From Dehalococcoidia bacterium (lineage in GTDB: Bacteria > Chloroflexota > Dehalococcoidia > SHYM01), in assembly GCA_009692805.1 (NCBI GenBank), contig SHYM01000003.1, positions 1 through 44,113 on the forward strand: DNA of 44,113 nucleotides, given 5' to 3'. How positions within the stretch are numbered: the stretch's first letter is position 1; every line of letters begins with the position of its first letter. Shown here piece after piece: positions 39,359 to 44,113 of this stretch. The position numbers and the translations under genes are program-made. The notes under the pieces were generated by a model. That model saw nothing but the letters and a program-made list of their open reading frames with translations, was not told where the DNA came from and searched no databases.

Positions 39359-39729
39359 TAGAACTCTAGACCCCCTTCTCTCGCCGCTTCGGCCACCGCC
39401 TTGACGCGGCCATGGTATTTGTATCCGCCGCGGTCGAAGACCACGCGGCTGAGGCCTTGCTCCTTGGCGCGCTGGGCTATCAGGACGCCAACCTGGCGTG
39501 CGGCCTCCAGCTTGCTCTTTCCCGTCAGTTGCTGGCGCAGGGCTGGCTCCAGGGAGGAGGCGGCCGCCAGGGTATGGCCCCGGCTATCGTCGATGATCTG
39601 AGCGGCCACCTGGCGCAGGCTGCGGAAGACGCTCAGCCGGGGCCGGGCGCTGCTGCCCGTCACCCGCTTCCGCACCCGCAGGTGGCGCAGTTGACGCATT
39701 TCCCTGGCATCCTTGGCTCTGGCGACCAC
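39358..39729 (-). CDS. rplR: 50S ribosomal protein L18
   Basis: [23 protein letters not shown]. Confidence 0.99.
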   Translation of the reverse strand: MVARAKDAREMRQLRHLRVRKRVTGSSARPRLSVFRSLRQVAAQIIDDSRGHTLAAASSLEPALRQQLTGKSKLEAARQVGVLIAQRAKEQGLSRVVFDRGGYKYHGRVKAVAEAAREGGLEF

Positions 39730-39739
39730 TAGCTGCTCC

Positions 39740-40285
39740 TTAGGCTTTCTTGACCACGGCCTTGCCGGCCTTACGCCGGACCCGTTCGCCGGCGTAGGTG
39801 ATACCTTTGGCCTTGTAGGGGTCGGGCGGCCTTACCGCGCGGATGAGGGCGGCGGTCTGGCCCACGGCCTGCTTGTCCGCCCCGCTGACCACCAGATGGA
39901 TGCCTGCCTCCACGTCCACCTGGATGCCGGGCGGAGGGGAGACCACTACGGGGTGGCTGAAACCCACCGCGATGCTCAGCTTATCGCCCACCTTCTGGGC
40001 CCGGTAGCCGACACCGCTGATCTCCAACTCCCGCCGGAATCCCTGGGTTACCCCCAGCACCATGTTGTTGAGGAGGCTCCGGCTGAGCCCGTGCAGGGCC
40101 CGGTACACCCGGCCCTCGCCCAGCCGTTCCACTCGCAGCACGCCATCGTCTTGGCGGATGCTGACCTCGGGACGGAAGGCGCGGCTCAGGGTGCCCCGGG
40201 GGCCCTTGACGGTTACCGTCTGGCCCTGGATCTGCACCTCTACGCCCTTGGGGACACTCACCGGTTGCTTGCCGATCCGCGACAT
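39740..40285 (-). CDS. rplF: 50S ribosomal protein L6
   Basis: [22 protein letters not shown]. Confidence 0.99.
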   Translation of the reverse strand: MSRIGKQPVSVPKGVEVQIQGQTVTVKGPRGTLSRAFRPEVSIRQDDGVLRVERLGEGRVYRALHGLSRSLLNNMVLGVTQGFRRELEISGVGYRAQKVGDKLSIAVGFSHPVVVSPPPGIQVDVEAGIHLVVSGADKQAVGQTAALIRAVRPPDPYKAKGITYAGERVRRKAGKAVVKKA

Positions 40286-40298
40286 AAAAAGCTACACC

Positions 40299-40697
40299 TC
40301 ACCACACGTAGCAGAGCACCTCGCCGCCCAGGCCCTGCTTCCAGGCGTCCTGGCTGGTCATGATCCCCTTGGGGGTGGAGATGATGGCTAGGCCCAGGCC
40401 TCGGTAGGCCCGCCGCAGGTCATTGCGGCGGGCGTAGATGCGCAGCCCGGGCTTGCTCACTCGACGCAACCCCAGGATGGCGGGCTCGCGCTTGCCCAGG
40501 TAGCGCAACCGAATCCGCAGCACAGGCGGGGCGGCGCGGTCCCTCACCACCTCGAAGTCCTCGATGAACCCCTCGTTTTTGAGGACCTGCAGCAGCGGAA
40601 TTTTAAGTTTGGAGGAGGGCACTCTGAGGTCCTCCTTCCGCATGGCCACGGCGTTGCGGAGGCGAGTCAACATATCAGAGATGGGGTCGGTCATCAT
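40299..40697 (-). CDS. rpsH: 30S ribosomal protein S8
   Basis: TDPISDMLTRLRN, SKPGLRIY, GGEVLCYVW; alternative TTG at 40706. Confidence 0.98.
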   Translation of the reverse strand: MMTDPISDMLTRLRNAVAMRKEDLRVPSSKLKIPLLQVLKNEGFIEDFEVVRDRAAPPVLRIRLRYLGKREPAILGLRRVSKPGLRIYARRNDLRRAYRGLGLAIISTPKGIMTSQDAWKQGLGGEVLCYVW

Positions 40698-40722
40698 ACC
40701 TTGCAAACGCTCCTCTGCACCA

Positions 40723-40908
40723 TCACCAACTCGCCTTGCGGACCCCTGGGAGTTCGCCCACTAGGGCCCGCTGCCGGAAACAGATGCGGCAGAGGCCGAA
40801 CTTGCGCATGTAGCCCCGGGAACGGCCGCATAGCTGGCAGCGGTGGTGCATGCGTACCGCGAACCTGCGGGGCTTGTCCATGTTCACTATGTCTACGGTC
40901 TTGGCCAT
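40723..40908 (-). CDS. rpsZ: 30S ribosomal protein S14 type Z (Zn-binding)
   Basis: RCQLCGR, LCRICFR, KASW. Confidence 0.97.
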   Translation of the reverse strand: MAKTVDIVNMDKPRRFAVRMHHRCQLCGRSRGYMRKFGLCRICFRQRALVGELPGVRKASW

Positions 40909-40918
40909 GGTCCCCTTC

Positions 40919-41659
40919 CTAAGCGCGGCTGAAGGGCAGGCCCAGCAGCTCCAGCAGCCGTTGGGCCTCGGGGTCGGTCCGGGCAGTGGTGACTATGGTC
41001 GCCTGAAAGCTCCGCACCTTATCGACCTTATCGTACTCGACCTCTGGGAACACAATCTGTTCCCGTATGCCCAGAGAGTAGTTGCCACGACCGTCGCAGG
41101 CCGACCGGGGCACCCCCCGGAAGTCCCGGATGCGGGCTAGGGCGACGTTGGTAAGCTTGTCGAAGAAGTCGTACATGCGGTTGCCCCGCAGGGTGACCAT
41201 CGCCCCGATGGGCATGCCTGCCCGGAGGTGGAAGTTGGCGATGGACTTCTTGGCGCGGGTAACCACCGGCTTCTGGCCGCTGATCGCGGTCAGCTCCGCC
41301 GTCAGCGCTTCCAGCGCTTTGGGGTTCTGGATGGCCTCCCCCAGCCCCACGTTGAGCACCACCTTCTCCAGCTTGGGGACCTGGAAGAGGTTCCGGTAGC
41401 CGAACTCTTTCATGAGCGCGGGGGCCACCTCCTGGCGGTAGCGCTCCCGCAGCCGTGAAGGCGGCGCCTTCGCCGCCTCTGGGATCTCGGCCCGGGGCCG
41501 GCCCGGGGCTCGGGCCTCGGCAGCCGGCGCCGTCCCCGGAGCCCGCGCCTTCCCCGACGCCCCCGCCTTGGGTGTGCGGCCGCCAGGCGGGGCTTGGGCG
41601 CCCTTAGCGGACGCAGCGGCCTTGGTGGCCTTGATGGGTGGGTTTTCCTTCTTCGCCAT
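40919..41659 (-). CDS. rplE: 50S ribosomal protein L5 with N-terminal extension
   Basis: [35 protein letters not shown]; about 65 extra N-terminal residues. Confidence 0.97.
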   Translation of the reverse strand: MAKKENPPIKATKAAASAKGAQAPPGGRTPKAGASGKARAPGTAPAAEARAPGRPRAEIPEAAKAPPSRLRERYRQEVAPALMKEFGYRNLFQVPKLEKVVLNVGLGEAIQNPKALEALTAELTAISGQKPVVTRAKKSIANFHLRAGMPIGAMVTLRGNRMYDFFDKLTNVALARIRDFRGVPRSACDGRGNYSLGIREQIVFPEVEYDKVDKVRSFQATIVTTARTDPEAQRLLELLGLPFSRA

Positions 41660-41673
41660 CTTCACAAACCTGC

Positions 41674-41985
41674 CTAGCCTACCTGCTCACCGGTGCGCCG
41701 GGCGACCCGCGCCTTCGTCCCGTCCGACAGGGTCGTAAAACCAACCCTAGTGGGTTCGCCGTTTACGAGTAGCATCACTTTGGAGACGTAGAGCGGCGCC
41801 TCTTTTTCCACGATCCCGCTCTGCCGCACGCCGGGCCGTGCCCGCTGGTGCCGCTTGACCAGATTCACTCCCTGGACGAGGAGTTTGCCATCGCGCGGGA
41901 AGGTGCGCAGCACCTTCCCGCTGCGGCCCCGGTCCTTCCCGGTGATGACCAGCACCGTGTCGTCCTTGCGGATCTTCAAGGCCAT
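41674..41985 (-). CDS. rplX: 50S ribosomal protein L24
   Basis: [22 protein letters not shown]. Confidence 0.98.
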   Translation of the reverse strand: MALKIRKDDTVLVITGKDRGRSGKVLRTFPRDGKLLVQGVNLVKRHQRARPGVRQSGIVEKEAPLYVSKVMLLVNGEPTRVGFTTLSDGTKARVARRTGEQVG

Positions 41986-41986
41986 C

Positions 41987-42355
41987 TTAGAGGACCTCCG
42001 GCGCCAGGGAGACGATCTTGGTGAAATTCTTGTCGCGCAACTCCCGGGCCACTGGTCCGAAGATACGCGTGCCCCTGGGATTGTTGCCCTCTAACAGCAG
42101 CGCGGCGGCGTTCTCGTCGAAGCGTATATAGGAGCCGTCGGGGCGCCGATAGGGCTGTTTGACCCTGACCACCACGGCCCGCACCACGTCGCCCTTCTTG
42201 ACCGGCGCGTGGGGTGTTGCCTGCTTCACCGAGGCCATAATCACATCGCCCACGCTGGCGTAGCGACGCCTGGAGTAGCCGGGGATGCCGATGCACATTA
42301 TCACCCGGGCGCCCGTGTTGTCAGCCACCTTCAGCCGCGTGTAAGTCTGGATCAC
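41987..42355 (-). CDS. rplN: 50S ribosomal protein L14
   Basis: [26 protein letters not shown]. Confidence 0.99.
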   Translation of the reverse strand: MIQTYTRLKVADNTGARVIMCIGIPGYSRRRYASVGDVIMASVKQATPHAPVKKGDVVRAVVVRVKQPYRRPDGSYIRFDENAAALLLEGNNPRGTRIFGPVARELRDKNFTKIVSLAPEVL

Positions 42356-42696
42356 GCCGGGACCTCCTGCTGGGCCGCGCCACCCGCCTTGGCCTCCGGC
42401 GGCACCGGCACCTCGGCGGGTTGGATCTCGGCCAGCTGAGCCTTGCGCAGGACCTCCAGCACCCGCCAGCGCTTGGTCTTGGAGAGGGGCCTGGTCTCAA
42501 TGATTTGCACCACATCGCCCAGGGAGCAGATACGCTCCGGGTCGTGCACATGGAAGGTGCGCTGGCTCCTGACTACCCGTTGGTAGCGGTGGTGCCGACG
42601 CAACGACTCCACGGCTACGACCACCGTCTTCTCCATCTTGGCGCTGGTGACGGTGCCGGTCCGTTTCTTGCGGATGATAGCTTTTTCTTTGTCCAT
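42352..42696 (-). CDS. rpsQ: 30S ribosomal protein S17
   Basis: [19 protein letters not shown]. Confidence 0.98.
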   Translation of the reverse strand: MDKEKAIIRKKRTGTVTSAKMEKTVVVAVESLRRHHRYQRVVRSQRTFHVHDPERICSLGDVVQIIETRPLSKTKRWRVLEVLRKAQLAEIQPAEVPVPPEAKAGGAAQQEVPA

Positions 42697-42717
42697 CGTA
42701 TCCTGCCTCGAGGCCCT

Positions 42718-42927
42718 CTAGCCTCCGGTTGCCAGCTCTCGCTCTCTCATGACGGAGGCCAGTTGAGCGATATGCCGCCTGGTCGCCCGGAGGGCGCGGT
42801 GGTTTTCCAACTGCTTGGTGGCGAGGCGAAACCGCAGGTTGAACAGCTCCCGCCGCGTCTCCTCTAGCTGCTTGCCGAGCTCCTCTGAGGTGAGCCCGCG
42901 AATCTCTTTTGCCTTGGTTCTGGCCAC
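42718..42927 (-). CDS. rpmC: 50S ribosomal protein L29
   Basis: ELFNLRF, QLEN, RRHIAQ. Confidence 0.97.
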   Translation of the reverse strand: MARTKAKEIRGLTSEELGKQLEETRRELFNLRFRLATKQLENHRALRATRRHIAQLASVMRERELATGG

Positions 42928-42950
42928 GGCTCAAATCCTGGGGGGCGGCC

Positions 42951-43376
42951 TCAGCCGCCGATCCCCAGCTCCTCCTTGCTCACGATCTTGGTGCGCACGG
43001 CAAGCTTGAAGGCGGCGAGGCGGAGCGCCGCCCTGGCCGTCTGCTCCTGCACTCCCGCGATTTCGAACAGCATGCGCCCGGGCTTCACTACGGCTACCCA
43101 ATGGTCCGGGGGGCCCTTGCCCTTGCCCATGCGCGTCTCCGCCGGCTTCTTGCTGACCGGTTTGTCGGGGAAGACCCTTATCCAGACCCGGCCTCCCCGC
43201 CTCAAGGTGTGGGTGATCGCGCGGCGCGCCGCTTCGATCTGGCGCGCGGTCATCCAGTCCGCTCCCTGGGCTTGCAGGCCGAACTCTCCGAAGGCCAAGG
43301 TGGCTCCGCTGGTGGCCACGCCGCGGCGGTGGCCCCGCTGCGATTTCCTGTACTTGACCCGTTTGGGCTGCAGCAC
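42951..43376 (-). CDS. rplP: 50S ribosomal protein L16
   Basis: [27 protein letters not shown]. Confidence 0.99.
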   Translation of the reverse strand: MLQPKRVKYRKSQRGHRRGVATSGATLAFGEFGLQAQGADWMTARQIEAARRAITHTLRRGGRVWIRVFPDKPVSKKPAETRMGKGKGPPDHWVAVVKPGRMLFEIAGVQEQTARAALRLAAFKLAVRTKIVSKEELGIGG

Positions 43377-43381
43377 TTGCC

Positions 43382-44113
43382 CTACTCCTGCGCCGGTGCT
43401 TCAGACGGGTCGGAGACGGTCTCGAGGCTGGTGGCGGCGCCGGCCGCCTCCGGGACCCCTGGTGCCTTAGCGCCGGCCCTGGGCTTGGGGGCTGCTCGGC
43501 TACGTGGCGCCCTCGGCTTCGCCTCGGCAGCGGCCGGGGCGCCCTGCTTGGTGGCTGCCGCCTCCCCGGTCCTGGCCGCCGGCGTCGCGGCCGTGGCGGT
43601 GGCCTTGGGGCTTGGAACGCGGGCGCGGGCTGCCCTCGGCTTGGCGGGCGCCGCCACCTTCGCCTCATGGGTGGGGACGGCTGGCGCTGATGAGGCTGGC
43701 GCCGATGCTGATGCCATCGCCTCCCCTAGGCGGGCCAGCACCGCTGCGCCCAGGGGCTCTGCGGCCGCTTCGGTGCTGGCGGGCAGCGCCGTGGCCGCGG
43801 GCGCCGCCGCCTTGGCCGCCTCGGCGGCGGGCCGCTCCACCCGCTCCGGGAGCACATCTCCGCGATAGATCCAGACCTTGACCCCAATGCGTCCGAGGGT
43901 GGTCTGAGCTTCGGCGATGCCGAAATCCACATCGGCCCGCAGGGTGTGCAGGGGCACCCGCCCCTGGCGTTCCGTCTCCACGCGCGCCATCTCGGAGCCC
44001 CCCAGCCGCCCGGCGCAGCGCATGCGGATGCCGCGGGCCCCGGCCTGCATCGTCCGCAGCACTGACTGCTTCATGGCCCGGCGGTAGGCGACCCGACGCT
44101 CGATCTGGTCGGC
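43382..44113 (-). CDS. rpsC: 30S ribosomal protein S3, 3' part, with long Ala/Pro-rich tail (5' end outside window)
   Basis: [30 protein letters not shown] followed by about 150 low-complexity residues. Confidence 0.97.
   Translation of the reverse strand, partial: ADQIERRVAYRRAMKQSVLRTMQAGARGIRMRCAGRLGGSEMARVETERQGRVPLHTLRADVDFGIAEAQTTLGRIGVKVWIYRGDVLPERVERPAAEAAKAAAPAATALPASTEAAAEPLGAAVLARLGEAMASASAPASSAPAVPTHEAKVAAPAKPRAARARVPSPKATATAATPAARTGEAAATKQGAPAAAEAKPRAPRSRAAPKPRAGAKAPGVPEAAGAATSLETVSDPSEAPAQE

Overview
High-GC (roughly 65-70% by eye) bacterial chromosome segment, mostly transcribed on the minus strand. Gene order (mtnA-mtnP...ahcY; recA-rny-ymdB-PHP-fabZ; rsmD-coaD; secY-adk-map-infA-rpmJ-rpsM-rpsK-rpsD-rpoA-rplQ-truA-rplM-rpsI) and a GAAC-N4-GTTC type SOS box suggest Chloroflexota, probably Dehalococcoidia-like; this taxonomy is inference. 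The right third is the S10/spc/alpha ribosomal cluster (rpsC to rpsI). The rest holds SAM/MTA recycling, DNA repair (polA, mutM, recA), RNA decay, CoA/acyl-CoA metabolism and accessory genes. No rRNA, tRNA, CRISPR array or intact transposase was seen. The most unusual structure is a layered repeat system: four ~180-225 bp MITE-like elements with GCTTTGCACAA-type terminal inverted repeats carry REP-like hairpins, and three different short inserts are present or absent among the copies. The same core hairpin sits in-frame in a lipoprotein gene and behind a second type of IS-like end. Other points: a low-GC HEPN-like gene with an in-frame stop at codon 4, a pirin 3' remnant marking a horizontally captured dioxygenase gene, a CTG-started adk, a small membrane ORF heading a LexA-boxed recA unit, a split EamA pair and probable leaderless genes.
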